Assembly (NCBI GenBank): GCA_030265395.1
Contig: JARFYF010000074.1
Span: 45,547,342 to 45,611,341, forward strand
Reading direction: 5' to 3'
Origin: Rhina ancylostomus
Lineage: Eukaryota
DNA: 64,000 bases
Shown here: positions 12,195 to 24,852 of the stretch, piece after piece
How positions within the stretch are numbered: the first letter of the stretch is position 1
How the letters are laid out: each line of letters begins with the position of its first letter
The notes under the pieces: model-generated
What the model was told of the DNA's origin: nothing
The model's database searches: none
The model's input: only the letters and a program-made list of their open reading frames with translations
Made by a program: the position numbers and the translations under genes

Positions 12195-14232
12195 CTGAAT
12201 AAAAACAATGATGAAATCAGAATAAAGGCATAATTTTATAAATAATTCCCTTATGATACAGGTTTTCCAGAACACTGTCATACTACCTAGCTCCTTGAAT
12301 ACCAATCTGAATTTAAATAAATTTAAGTGAAACTGATAGAACAATTTAATCCCAGTCCCATCTCTAGATCATAAGATGAAGGTAGGGGAAAGGAGCAGCT
12401 AGCATGAAATTGTACTGCAGTATTATAGTACTCACTGGTTAAAGCCACCCACAGAATGGTTTTCAGTTCCAATGGTAAGGCCCCAGTTTCCTCATGGTTA
12501 AAGAGAGCAAGGGAACTATAATGTATGAAGATAGATTTGGTAAAAGCCTCATCCATAATTACAGTTCTCAAGCAGACTATAATACAGCTTTGCCTCTTTT
12601 TATCCCATAGCAGTAGTGGCTCACTTATACAAACCTGCAGATCTGCCACATTGGTCACAAAGCTTTAAGTCTCCCCTTATCCCAGATCTTATACTCATTC
12701 ACTCAAATATCTCAAACCCACTATGCCCACCTTTCATTCTATGTTAAGTCCTGCTCACCTATAGCCTCATCTTAGATAACATCCACTGGCTTCCATTCCA
12801 TTAATGCCTCGATTTCCAAGATCTCCAATCATCGACAAAACTCTTCAAGACCTTGCTTCACTCTTCATTCAACCTTTGACTTTGTAACCCAATTTGCAGT
12901 TCTCCTAAATTCTGCACCCAAACACCTCCCACTACTCCACCATTTATGGCAGATTTTTCAGCTTCCTCTTTGTGACTTTCTTCCAAAAGATTTTTGCTCT
13001 GCCTTCAGAAGGATTTTTTTTGACCTAATATCCAGTCATCCCAACAGACTCCTGTAGAAATGGAATCTGGAGATAGCAAGTGCAGGAGAGAAACTTCATC
13101 TTTATTGAAGGAGAATTGATATACTTCCAAAATAAGCCAATCCCTTAAGAACACGAATTTGCAATGTAAATATTGAGTTACTTGTCAAAGCCAATTCCAC
13201 TTTGTAACCCACTATGACAAATATTGAAACATAAATCGTATCTTGAAGGATGTTGCAATAATATGAAATGGCAATGACCACACATCAAAATTCCTGCAAT
13301 AAAGCACTTGGCATATCCCATGGTCATAAAAGGCACTGGATAACTGCAAGTCTTTTATCTTGCTGAATTGTTAAAAGGATTAAATGGTTACATCAGTCCT
13401 TTGTATTAACGTGTGTGGTTAGTGAGGTTATATTATTGGCACAACATTGAAGTAATGCTTTAGAGCTTTGGGTCAGCAAAAAAAAAATAACAGACAACCT
13501 GACTGTGCAAGCTGCAAGTTTCCTGATTAATTATCATACCCTTAGCAAATATGGGGTTACGGTAGAAATTAAGGAAAAAATGATCATGAGCCTCACATTT
13601 GATTACCAATAACCTTGATGGGAAATGCATGCACCCAGAGAAAGTTCTAGGCTCAGCCACACTGCCATGTTTCTGTGGTTGATGACCATGCCAACATTAA
13701 TTGCCCAGTGCGAGTGCAATCCAATTTTGGTTTGTATGAGTTATTAGAAATGGCTGATGCCAATGTGTTCAAGTTGTAGCAATGTACTTCTTCAGGACAA
13801 GGGAGAAAAGAAGAAAGAGGATGAGAAGACAAATGTAGAAATTTTTTTGTTCATTGTCTATCCTCTATAATTCTATTTAACAGTGCAGAAACCAACTGAG
13901 CTGTGTATGAAATGGTGACATCCTTTACTCTGATTCTTGTTAAATTTAAAATAGCTTGACTCCCCACCTCACCCCAGCACTGAACAGGAAATATGACAAA
14001 AATCATAAGATAGACATGGCCTTTAAAATTTGGTGTGCAGCCCTCAGGAGTGATACTTAAGGAAACATTTTGGAAAAGCTTGTTTTTTTAAAAATTTAAA
14101 CAAACAACTAATAGCCAACATTTTCATTAAGACTTGTAACTCATGTGAGAGATATATCAAACTTGATGTGATTATAATCATTCCTTAAATATCAGGGGCT
14201 GGGTAAAACATCCAGAGTACTCACCCCTTGCT

Positions 14233-14262
14233 TGTCTGTCTGTCTGTCTCTCTCTCTCTCTC
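14233..14262 (+). repeat. (TCTG)n/(TC)n microsatellite
   Basis: tgtctgtctgtctgtctctctctctctctc. Confidence 0.85.
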
Positions 14263-14478
14263 CTCTCATTGGCCAGTTCTAGCACTGCCCCTCCTGTACA
14301 TTTACTAACTATTACTCCTCTAGTTAATGTTGATCAGCTTTGTCTTGCTTTGTGTGTTGAATTCCAGACATAGCCTCTTTTTCATATTCTACCTTTAAGC
14401 ATGATTTTGGTCCTGTGGATTCTTCACTTACAATAAAATAAACATTTTTTAATTATTCATTCCCAAATTTATTCTTAC

Positions 14479-14836
14479 CTTCTACTACTTTTGATGTATC
14501 AGAATTATGGTTGAGTTGTTCTTTCTCAGTTAGGGTATAGGATGGTGTACTTTCATTTTGTGGATGGGCTGACCAGGTGCTAATATTTACTGTGTTCCAT
14601 TCTTTATCTAGATGTTCACGTTCTTTATGGTCATATGTCACAGTCTGTCCTTTTAGAACAGGTACAGAGGGTTCAGTTTCCTCTGGCCGGTCACTTGGTG
14701 TCGATCTCCTTGACCTAGACCGTATCTGTCCAAGTAGCTTAATGACATTACGTATTGGTTGTCTATGAGCTATCGTTCGCCCATTACTGCTCACTGTTTT
14801 ATCAACTGTCACAGGAAAAGATTTCCTGTTGTCAAC
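14479..14836 (-). CDS. HIPK4: HIPK4-like kinase, probable coding exon 3 (low-complexity C-terminal tail)
   Basis: Acceptor tcttacctcccaacag|GTT in phase 0 matches the exon 2 donor. The 358-nt frame is open (VDNRKSFPV..KVVE) and ends at a strong donor GAA G|gtaaga. No recognisable domain. Confidence 0.7.
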
Positions 14837-15609
14837 CTGTTGGGAGGTAAGAGTTGACAATGTGCATAACGGTAACCAGTATGAGATTAGGTCAAGTTGA
14901 AATAAAAGACACAAGGAAAGAAGATAAATAATTTTTTAAAAAGCCAAGGTAAGAAATAGAGGGCATTAAAAGCACAGCTTGGAGAAAACTGAACTCATTA
15001 TCCATATTGGATGGCAATTCCTTGTTGACAATTAACTCTTATTTCCCATTCCACAGATATTGCCTGGTTTGCTGAATATTTCTGGCATTTTCTGCTTTGA
15101 TTTCAGATTGAGCATCTGCAGTTTCTTTTTAATTTGATTCCCTCCTGGCATATGACCTGACCCTTTATTCTACTATTTAAGGGCTAAGAAATCTGCAGCA
15201 GCTCTGGATGAGACCTGCCTGAGTTGATAAGGAAATGCACAGAGATTTTCATCCAGTTGTTAATTTAGCTATTTAAATGCATATTCTGTATTTGGTGGTA
15301 TGCTGTAATGCATGTTCTGGATTGTCCAAAGTTTGCTGCCCAAGTAAACACAATGTGGATTAAAGATCACCCAGGTGAAGATCTTAATCTTCTTTCCTTT
15401 TCAGATGCTCACTGATCTACTTTGCACTTACACATTAACATTTGTGATGTTGGGATATGAAGTTGTTTCTATTGTTTAGAGGAGTGGAAGTAATATCTTT
15501 AGACTTCCCTACCAGCAATGTGGAGGACACCTTTTATACAAATTGAAACCTCCTTCCATTAATTATCCAACAGACATATCGGATAATTTGACTGATTCCT
15601 TATATCGTA

Positions 15610-16090
15610 AACCCAGTTACTACATTAGAACAATGACTGCACGTCAAAGATACTTTGTTGTCAGTCTGTAAATCACCTTGGAGTGTCCTAAAATTGTGAA
15701 AAGTGCAATATAAATGCTGGTGTCCAGTGGCTGCAGTGTGTACCATTCACAGAATGAACTACAGTGACTCACTTGGGCTACTTCAACAGCACCTCCCAAG
15801 CCCCACAATCTCTATCACCAAGGAGGCAAGGGAGCAGGTGTACGGGAGCACCACCTTCTGAAGGTTCCTCTCCCAGCTGCATGCCATCCTGACCTGGAAG
15901 TCTATTGCCTGTCCTCCTCTAACACTGAGTTTAAATCCTGGAGCTCCTTGCTCAACAACACTGTGGGAACACCTTCACCACAAGGACTGCAGCAGCTTAA
16001 AAAGGTGGCTCCCCAACACCACCTCAAGGGCAGTTCGGGATGACCATTAAATTTTGGCCTTACCAGTGATGCCCAGTTTCCAAAAAGGTG
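15610..16090 (+). mobile_element. Deu-SINE tail followed by an old CR1-group LINE 3' end
   Basis: acattagaacaatgactgcacgtcaaagatactt (Deu domain), then gtggctgcagtgtgtaccat..cagcacctcccaa..ctcaagggcagttcgggatg..ccagtgatgccca. Confidence 0.6.
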
Positions 16091-17574
16091 AATAAGTTTT
16101 TTTTAAAAAGAAATCTTCCTTCAAGCCTTCAACATGGAAAAGAGAACTTATCACTTTCACAAGACCAATCATCCCTGTCTCTTTACAGTCCATTGGCATA
16201 AATTCATTTGTTAATTCATTACACATGCCAAATCAATAACTTTCCAGATAGAGTGAGGAAAAATTATTTATTCTTGGCCGAGGAAACACAGTAAGTCCAT
16301 CCGTAATTTCTCTCCAAGTTCACCGCTTTTACATTGCCATGATTTTTGGGAGTTTCATCTTGTAGAGGGTATGGAGAAGCTGAGTATGGATTGCAAAGCT
16401 AGATGTGTGTACTTGGGTGCAAACCATCCAATGCAGCCTGAACGAAGACCTGCTGGGCTTCCTAGATCAAAGGAACTCCAAGGAAGATGGTGACATCAAT
16501 CATCTCCCTCCCCTCCACTCACCAAAAGCAGGGCTTCCTGAGGCAGGACAAAGTTTGTAAGGCAAGTTTAAAAAAAAATCTTGAAATCAACTGCAAGGTT
16601 GTTCAGAGATTAGTGTGTGTGGCTGTGTATTTTCACCTTGTAAGCCCAATGTTATTCTGCAGATAGAAAGTTTGCAGCTGTACATAAATTTGCTGAAGGG
16701 CAATGCCCAGCTGGAATTAGAAGGCAAATGGGACACTAGCATCCTCAATAAACATCAAAATAAATGTTTTAAGACTGAAGTTATAGGCAAGCAAGGACAC
16801 CTTCTATATCTATTTATTTGTTCACTGGATATTGACGTCACTGGCCAGCACTTATTGTCTATTTTTAATTGCCCCTGAACTGAGGAATCAGTTGAGAGTT
16901 GACCAAATTGTTGAGTTGCAGTCATATATAGTCCATTCTACAAAAGGATGGCAAATTTTCTTCCCTGAAAGACGTTATTGAACTGGATGGGTTTATACAA
17001 TAATACAGTAGTTTTAATACAGTTACCAGCTTTTTTTAAATTCAGGCTTTATTTAAATGAGTTTAAATTCTACAACTGCCATGGTGAAATTTGAATTCAC
17101 ATTATTAGGTCATTTAGATGCTGGCCTTGTGTAACAATAATGACAAACGCCTCTGAAAGCTAACAGGTTTAAGATCTTGTGCATGACCCCGACTTGCAGA
17201 CTCTACAATGGGAGCAGCCCAGCCAGGGAACGAGCCTGCACCAGACCTGATCCTAGGCCATGTTAGTGGTCAATCACAGGCAGTTCCAATGTTCGGTGGC
17301 TTGGATAGGAGCAGTGTACTTTGGATATGTTGCCCAGACATGACACTGGGCAACATATTAGACCTCTCCATTATCCTGATGCTGATTATCTTGCAAAATA
17401 CTGAAAATGCCAGAAATACTCAGCACGTCCAGCAACATCTGTAAAGAGAGGAGTTGTTCTGGTGAAGGTTCATTGACCAGAAATGTTAACTCTGTTCCTT
17501 TCTCCACAGCTGCTGCCTCACAAAAAAACTGTTGTGGATTATATCTATCCTTTCACAAAATGCTAAAAACCAAC

Positions 17575-18335
17575 CTCTTTTTCAAATTCATCCATAGCTG
17601 AGTCATCCAAGTTGTCTTCTGTTGATTGTTCAATGGCTTGAGGCTTTTGGTGTGCATAGGCTGATTCATGCTGTTGATTATCTACATAGCAACTCTTTAT
17701 GAAGCTTTGACAGCAATGAAACTGGTTTTCAGCTTTTTTACTGGGAGTTAAAGCTATGTTGAGGGCCTGTGCAGATATATTATAGTATTTTGTATTTTTG
17801 TATTTTGATTTGATCTTCTGCATTGTGATAAATGGGTGCTTTAAAGCTGCATTTGCAGCAGTGCGCTGCCTTGGATCAAAGATGAGTATTTTCTTTATTA
17901 GAGCCACCATCATAAACTGGTCAAACAGTTCAGCTTTCAGTTCCTTATCTGGAAATATAGTTTTGGTATTGATGGTTACTAGTTGGTCAAGTGAATTCAG
18001 ATTTCTTGTTCTGGTTTCCAGAGGTTGCACCATTGTCTCTGCTTGATACTCGTCAATTGATTTGAGCCTCCATTTATATGTTGAATTAGGCTGACGAGCT
18101 TTTTTAAAGAAATGATGGGTTTTGCTGGCCGTTTCCAGAATTTGATCACTTGGTAGCCCTTGTGTTTCAACAATGTACCTGATCTGGTCATACTCGTTGG
18201 TACCAGGATAGATGGGCCATCCAAGGTGAAGTTCTGCCATAACACAGCCAAGAGACCACATGTCCATTTTTTCAGAGAAGGGCAGGCCAAGTAAGATCTC
18301 AGGTGCTCGGTAAAATCTAGATTGGATATATGGCC
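17575..18335 (-). CDS. HIPK4: HIPK4-like kinase, coding exon 2 (activation loop and C-lobe)
   Basis: Acceptor tttgcttcactgcag|GG CCA TAT restores G-PYIQSRFYRAPEILLGLPFSEKMDMWSLGCVMAELHLGWPIYPGTNEYDQIRYIVETQGLP..HPF. Phase-0 donor GAG|gttggt at 17575/17574. Confidence 0.92.
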
Positions 18336-19229
18336 CTGCAGTGAAGCAAACAAAAATCCTTTGAACAAAAGTAAGAATGAATGAAATGTATCAATATAGT
18401 ACTGAAACAAATATGTAGTTAATCAAATTATGATTGCTAAATAGAATACTTTAAAAATGGAGGCCATCTGATAGCTACAGAATGTCAGGCATTATTCTTG
18501 TATCAATAATGACATCACAGTATCTTGAATATTTTATAAATGAATGTCCCAGTCTTTTGTAAACACTGGTGGCTATCACAGTGTCAAGAATATTGCAATA
18601 ATATTGCTGCACCCATCCTTTGGAGCAGTGAGCATGTCACAATGCCTATGATATCATACCAGGAAACAAACTCTAAAAAACCAACAAACTCCAGTTAGTA
18701 GCCAAGATATTTTCATTTTGAGTTGTTGTCCATAACTCATGGATGGCAGAGATGACAATTTTCTCCACTATGTTACAAGCTGGAAGAGACAGTGAAGACC
18801 AATACTGATTTTGCATTGTATATGACGATTTTATTTGTTTTTGTATTGACAAAAAGTCATAATTTTTACCTCTTCATTTCCAACCTTAGTACCACCTTTG
18901 AAAGGAATATCAATATAGACAATTACAACATTTAGCAAAATTAAGCTTTTTAATTTAATTTTGGATTTCTGTTCATTTCTTTATATCCAGCCAGTACACA
19001 GGTGGTTGGAATACTAAGATGAGGATTCTTGTGCCAAATATACTTTGGTCCAAACTTTCAGATACAGGTTCAATTAAAAGAAATCACTTGGATTTAAACA
19101 GCTGATGTGATGGCAGCAGACTGACCAGTCCTTCGCAGATCTGAATTGCCAAATATTCAAAATTGAAAAATACCCAATAAAACTTAATGATTTTTAAGAA
19201 GACCAGAGAAGTGAGAGACTAATAATCAT

Positions 19230-20070
19230 TGGTATCCTGCAGGATTTCAGAGTTCTTGTATATAATTCGCAAAAGCCTGGTATGCAGGTCTTGTAAGTAA
19301 TTAGGAAGGCCAGTAGGATGTTGGTTTATTGCTAGTGGAATTGAAAGCAAAAGTATGGAGATTATGCTTCAGTATATAGGGCATTAAGAGACCCCGTCTG
19401 TACAATATTCATCTTCGTATTTAAGGAAGGATGTTAAAGAATTGGAAGTGATTAGGAGAACGTTTACTAGGCTAATTCCGTGAATGTGCATCTTGTCTTT
19501 TTTTTATTAGTCACATACACAGTGAAATACGTTGTTTTGCATTACTCAAAGTGCTGGGGCAGCCCGCAAGTGTCACCACTCTTCCAGTGCCAACAGAGCA
19601 TGCCCACAACTCCTAACCTGCACATCTTTGTAATGTGGGAGGAAACTGGAGCACCCAGAGGAAACCCACGCAGACGCAGGGAGAATGTACAAACTCCTTA
19701 TAGACAGCGATGGAATTGAACCCAAGTTGCTGGCACTCTAATAGCATTGGCTACATCCACTGAAGTTTGGAAGTGTGAGAGGGGACTTGATTGAAATATC
19801 TTAGGTCCTTGTGGGTCTTGACAGTGTGATATGAGAAGAACTTTCCTCTTGTGGGAGAATCTAGAACTGATGGAAATTTCTTCCTGGAAGCAGAGTCTTT
19901 GAATACACAAAAGGTGTGGACAGATAAATACTCAGTGAACAAGGCAATGAAAAGGTTGACATAGGTAGATAGGAATACAAAGTTGAGGCTACAATCAAAT
20001 CAGCCATGACCTTATTAAATGTTGGGAGTATACTTGAAGGGCCATGTGGCCTTATCCTGCTCCAAAATCA
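19230..20070 (+). mobile_element. Degenerate CR1 LINE interrupted by a SINE
   Basis: CR1 motifs lie on both sides of 19495-19760 (atttaaggaaggatgtt..; tgagaggggacttgattgaaa). Confidence 0.75.
19495..19760 (-). mobile_element. Younger V-SINE subfamily copy
   Basis: gcagcccgcaagtgtc..tgtgggaggaaactggagcacccagaggaaacccacgcagac..ggaattgaaccc. Near-identical family members at 29755-29975 and 52315-52615. Confidence 0.88.
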
Positions 20071-20239
20071 TAAATTTGTATGAATCATTGAAAGATTTCA
20101 TATGACTGCTGCAGACACCTATTCCTTCTCCTTTGTACTTGTGTATCCTCCTCTTAGGTGCATCAGTATGAACCATCTCAGCCTCCACAAAATTAGAAAT
20201 TGTGCTTTTAATTCCATTAAAATCATTAGTAAAACTTCT

Positions 20240-22080
20240 GAACAAAAATGGTCTAATGCTAAGTCATACAGGATTCCACCTTCTGCCATCTACTTCCCTG
20301 AGCGATCACCCTTGTACCCCTACCCTCTGCTTTCTCTCTTTAAGTGAGCTAACTGCACGTTCGACTGATCCCACTAGCTGTGGTATTCATTAACACTCCA
20401 TGTGACTCATTTGAAAGCCTTTTGGAAATTTAGATGAATTGCATCCACTGAATCATCATTGTTCATGCTCTCTGTTAGCTCTACAAAGAATCAATGAGTT
20501 TGGCGAAGCAAGAATGTCCCTTATGAAATTTAACTATTAATAATTATATATGGTGTCTTGATTTTTTTTCTCCTGTGGAAAGGAATTCCACCTAGTCTGT
20601 AAAATCGTCTGTAGTTTTCTGGGAATGTTTTATCTCCCTTCTTAAATGTAGCATTACCTCTGACACCACTTTATTTGCACTACTGCATGGCACTTAATCA
20701 GTTGTTAAATGTATTATATTGCCTTTGCTCCTTGAATTCTTCTAAAATGTAATCTATTTGGATCAGGGCCTTTCATCTTTGTGTATGGTTAGGTTATTTA
20801 ATGTTTCTTTTCTCTTTTCAAGTTATAAAGTCTGTTACCTCTGTGTAATCTCAACTTCTGACATCAGGTCCAACTGTTGTCTGCCTTGTACATGCTGATG
20901 TGAAGTATTTGTTTCCTATTTCTGCTATTTTATTTCCTGCTCCTTTTATAACTTTAATTTTTCCACTTTTGTGCCTGTTCAATATTTTATATTTTTTATG
21001 TTCCTTGATCATCTAATTTCAAAGTTTCCCTTTATTTTCTTAAATGTGACTACTTTCCTAAATCTCTGGATTTTCCCTGACTCATGATCCCAAGTGCCAT
21101 CTGCATCCTTTATGTAATCTGTTCTTTAGTCTCGGGCCTTTTTCTCACGTGCTCATTCATTCCTGGTGTTTCATTAATGTTTAATTTGTTCTTGTGAATT
21201 CTTTGCCAATATTTTCCCATTTTTATTTTTCTAATTTCTTTTCTCAGCTCCTTGAAATTATCCTTTCTTGAACCTGTAATCTTGTCTTCATAATAAATGT
21301 AACTTTCTGAAGTATTATTAATATGCAGGGAATGGATGGATATATGTCATGTACAGGCAAAACAAACTTATTTTAATTTGACATTGTGTTCAGCGCAGGC
21401 ATCATGGGTCATTGGCCCTGTTCCTGTGCTGTACTGTTCTATGTTCTGTGTAATATGGTTACTCAGGAATCTAAGTGCAGTATGCCATTTATTGAAAGGG
21501 TTGGACTATATGAGTAAGGAAGTCTTGCTACAATTATATAGGGCACTTGGTGAGACCACAGCTTGAATACTGTGCACAGGGTGGGTCTCCTTACTGAAGT
21601 AAGGGTCAGCTTGCTTTAGAAATGTTGCAATGAGAGTTCATTAGATAGATCCCTGTCAGTCCTATGAAGCACAACTGAGTAAAATGGATATCATCCTCTA
21701 GAATTTAAATAAATGAGAGGTGATCTTGCTGAAATATATGAAATCCTGAGAACTTGAATGGGAAGATACTGACATGTTTCCTCCGGTTGGAGAGTTTAAA
21801 ACCAGAGAAAGTGGTGGAGACGTGCAAATATTGTTATAGATTCAGAGCAAGGGGTTGGATTTGTAAGAATGAGATGAGGAAAAACCTCTTCGCTCAGAGA
21901 ATTGTGAATGGATAACTCTACCTTACTATCGCGGACTGGTTGCTCATTGGAAATATCCAGAAATTGACATTTATAGACACCAAAGTAAAAGGTAATTGGA
22001 ATTGATTATGAAATTCATGCATAATCTAACTGGATTCCAGAGCAGTCTGAGGGGACTCTACGATCTGCTCCTGCTCCTTT
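20240..22080. mobile_element. Cluster of decayed CR1 fragments (minus 20240-21300, plus 21340-22080)
   Basis: GLDYMSKEVLLQLYRALG on plus; aaagccttttggaaatttagatgaattgcatccactg on minus. Confidence 0.65.
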
Positions 22081-22604
22081 TTATTCAATTTGTTTGGCAC
22101 TCCAAAATCTATTTAGTGCAATCTTGAATGCACAAAGCCCTTTATGGGAGATGAGTTCAAAGAGTCACAGCCTAATGAAGTGAGGGAACTGTTCATCTTA
22201 GTCCTAAATGACCATTTACCTTAAGACAATGGCTCCTAAACTTTTCATCAAGGGGAAACTGCTTTATCAAAGCCTCGAAGAGGGTTATATATTTCATAGA
22301 GAATGTCACTATTTTTATTGTTAGACTTGTTTAAGTACCTTATCTAAACTTAATGAAACTTGAGACCTGAATATGTTGTTATATTTGATCATGGAAAATG
22401 GTGCAGTTCCTTTGAAATCATGGAACTGGTCAATTAGTTTCTAGTTGAATTTCCCCTAATGATTTTTGCCAGCACATACTGCTAAAATTATGCCATGAAG
22501 TAAATAGGAGACAAGGTTAAGAAATTATAAAAGGTCAGTTGGCTTGGACTAGTAGAGGTTAGATGTTTAAACTAGTTCATTGCTAACTGCCGAGCAAGGT
22601 ATAG

Positions 22605-22960
22605 AGAAAGGAGCAGGAGTAAGTCATTTGGCCCTATGAGCCTGCTCTGCCATTCAATATAATCATTGCTGATCCTCTATCTCAATACCATATTTGTGCT
22701 CTCTTTCCATGTTCCTTAATGCCTTTTGTGCCAAGAAATCCATTTACTTCCTGAATGGCATCCATTGCCTTCTGTTGTATAGAATCCCATAGGTTCACCA
22801 CCCTTCCAGGTGAAGAAATTTCTCCTCATCTCAGTACGAAAGGCCTTGCCCAGTTATCCTGAAACCCCTGCCTCTAGACCCCCATAGCAAGGGGAAACAA
22901 TCTCAGCGCGTTCATTCTGTCTGGCCCTGTCAGAATTAATGTACGTTCATGTTTGCTAAT
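22605..22960 (-). mobile_element. CR1 LINE 3' end just inside HIPK4-like intron 1
   Basis: ggagcaggagtaagtcatttggccc..gtgaagaaatttctcctcatctcagt; minus strand LTGPDRMNALRLFPL. Confidence 0.85.
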
Positions 22961-22998
22961 TCTATACACAAGAAAAATAATTGAAAATGAATACATAC

Positions 22999-23515
22999 CT
23001 TTAATCTGCTGAATATCAGGCAAAAAGCAAGCAGAACCAAAATCAATCAGCTTTATTTTGAACGGAAATTTGGCCTTTTCAACGAGCATGATATTTTCAG
23101 GTTTGATGTCTGTGTGAACAATAGAAAGCTCCTTCAGTTTCTGCAGAGCAATCAGCACCTGCTTTGTGATGGAGCGAATATGCCTGACTGGTAGTGGAAC
23201 AAAGTCATTTTCCTTCTGATACTCGTACAAACTTTGTTCTAGAAGCTCAAACACAAGGCAAAGCTTGGTATCATCATTGAAGGATTCAAAAAAATGAACA
23301 ATACAGAACTTGTCTGAATCCACAGATTCTAACATCCTCAGTATTTTTAACTCACATTTGATGACCCCTTTCCGGAAATTATAGTTTCGTAATATCTTTA
23401 TGGCCACATAGTGGCCAGAGGTCCTTTTCCAACATTTTGTCACTTCTCCAAATGTTCCCTTTCCTAAAACAGCAATGATGTCATACTCATCAGTGTCAGA
23501 GTACATAACAGACAT
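22999..23515 (-). CDS. HIPK4: HIPK4-like kinase, coding exon 1 (N-lobe to DFG)
   Basis: ATG at 23515 gives MSVMYSDTDEYDIIAVLGKGTFGEV..VAIKIL..HTDIKPENIML..IDFGSA. The kinase domain starts at residue ~10 as in HIPK4 (human MSTIQSETDCYDIIEVLGKGTFGEV). The exon ends AAA G|gtatgt (phase-1 donor), 517 nt. Confidence 0.92.
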
Positions 23516-24388
23516 CTTCAAAAAATCTCCCCAAATCTAACACTTTTTCAGTATTCAAGTAAAGCTCCACTGTATCCAACAACAGAATGTGCAACATGTT
23601 CCATTTCAGTACCTAGCTCTGTGATGCAGTGGGCAACCCACTATGACACAGGTTTACCTAGTGACCATATGCCCAGCAACAGAACCTGGTGGTCTCAGAC
23701 TGACCACTCTGCTATGAATTCCAATGAGATGGAGTATTGGGGTAGAAATTAGGACGAATGGATTCCCTTGCCATGAATATTGACAGGCTCATTCATTTAT
23801 TATCAAGTACCCAGAAATATTGATTACACAATATGAATGCTTTCTCAAAGTGCTCCATTTGGTAGATTGTATTCACGTAGAAATAACACAATTCAGAGGT
23901 GCTGCACAAGTCTTTGCAAGGATGACCACCCAACTCTTTTTTTTTGGTCTGAATGGCCCCATCCTGTGCAAGATAACCCCAGCACAGCATTTGTCCCAGT
24001 GTCTCTTGGCCCATAACTTGTGATCAGCATTGAGCCATCTGTGCTCACTGCTAATCTCAGAAGCAAACTCCTTCGTATCTTGCACGGTTCTCCCATCCCA
24101 AACTTCTAGTCTGGATCGAGCTCTAAAGTGTGCAGTAGGTCGTGCGTCAGCAAGACCAGAACAAGCTGCGGCAACAAATGCTGAAACATTCAGCTAAGCC
24201 ATGTACTATCCTTGTGCTAGAACTGTCAACCTTGTTAAAATGCAAAATATTTATTAACTATTAAACAGTTTTAAAAAAAAATTTCTAGTGCCTTTTTTTC
24301 AAAAAAATTAAAATCAACAAATAAAATGTTAAGCATGCTTAACAGTTATGTACATCTACATGAACTCAAACATCTAAAAGAATCTGTA

Positions 24389-24674
24389 CATGCAACTCCC
24401 AGGTTTCATAAGGGTTCTGTTCCTGAGAACTGTCCATGAGCTAATTTCTCTGCAAGTCAGAAACAATTTGTTTTCTTTCAACACCCATTTCACATTGCTC
24501 TATATACATTTGCTATAATTCTTTCATCAAATATTTACCCTAACACCTCCCCTAATTAAACAATGGAATATATACTATATTTGGTCATTAATGAGTACTA
24601 TAAAACAATATTATCACCAGCTAGAAAACCACCCATTTCTTGTAATGGGTCATTTGTAAGCCGGGGAGCCCCTG
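24389..24674. mobile_element. Tigger/Tc1-mariner-type MITE, degenerate
   Basis: TA|catgcaactcccaggtttcata ... ttgtaagccggggagcccctg|TA: imperfect terminal inverted repeats of the CAGG-CCCCGG-TTAC type with TA flanks. Confidence 0.55.
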
Positions 24675-24685
24675 TATTAGCTACT

Positions 24686-24852
24686 AGAGACACAAGAGAC
24701 TGCAGGTACTGCAATCTGGAGCAACACACGAAGTGCTGGAGGAACTCGGTGGGTCAGGCAGAAAATGGATAGTCAACATTTCGGGTCCATATGAAGGATC
24801 TTAACCAGCAATGTCAACTGTCCATTTTCCTCCATAGGTGCTGCCTGACCCT
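24686..24852. mobile_element. Penelope-derived short inverted repeat element
   Basis: agacacaagagactgcag..gctggaggaactc..ggtcaggcag followed by the inverted gtcaactgtccattttcctccataggtgctgcctgacc. Confidence 0.7.

Noticed and set aside
22874-22998. ORF extension after QQIKG (MYSFSII..LFPLAMGV)
   Set aside because: Intron read-through into a CR1 fragment. The kinase sequence resumes at 18335 via canonical GT-AG splicing.
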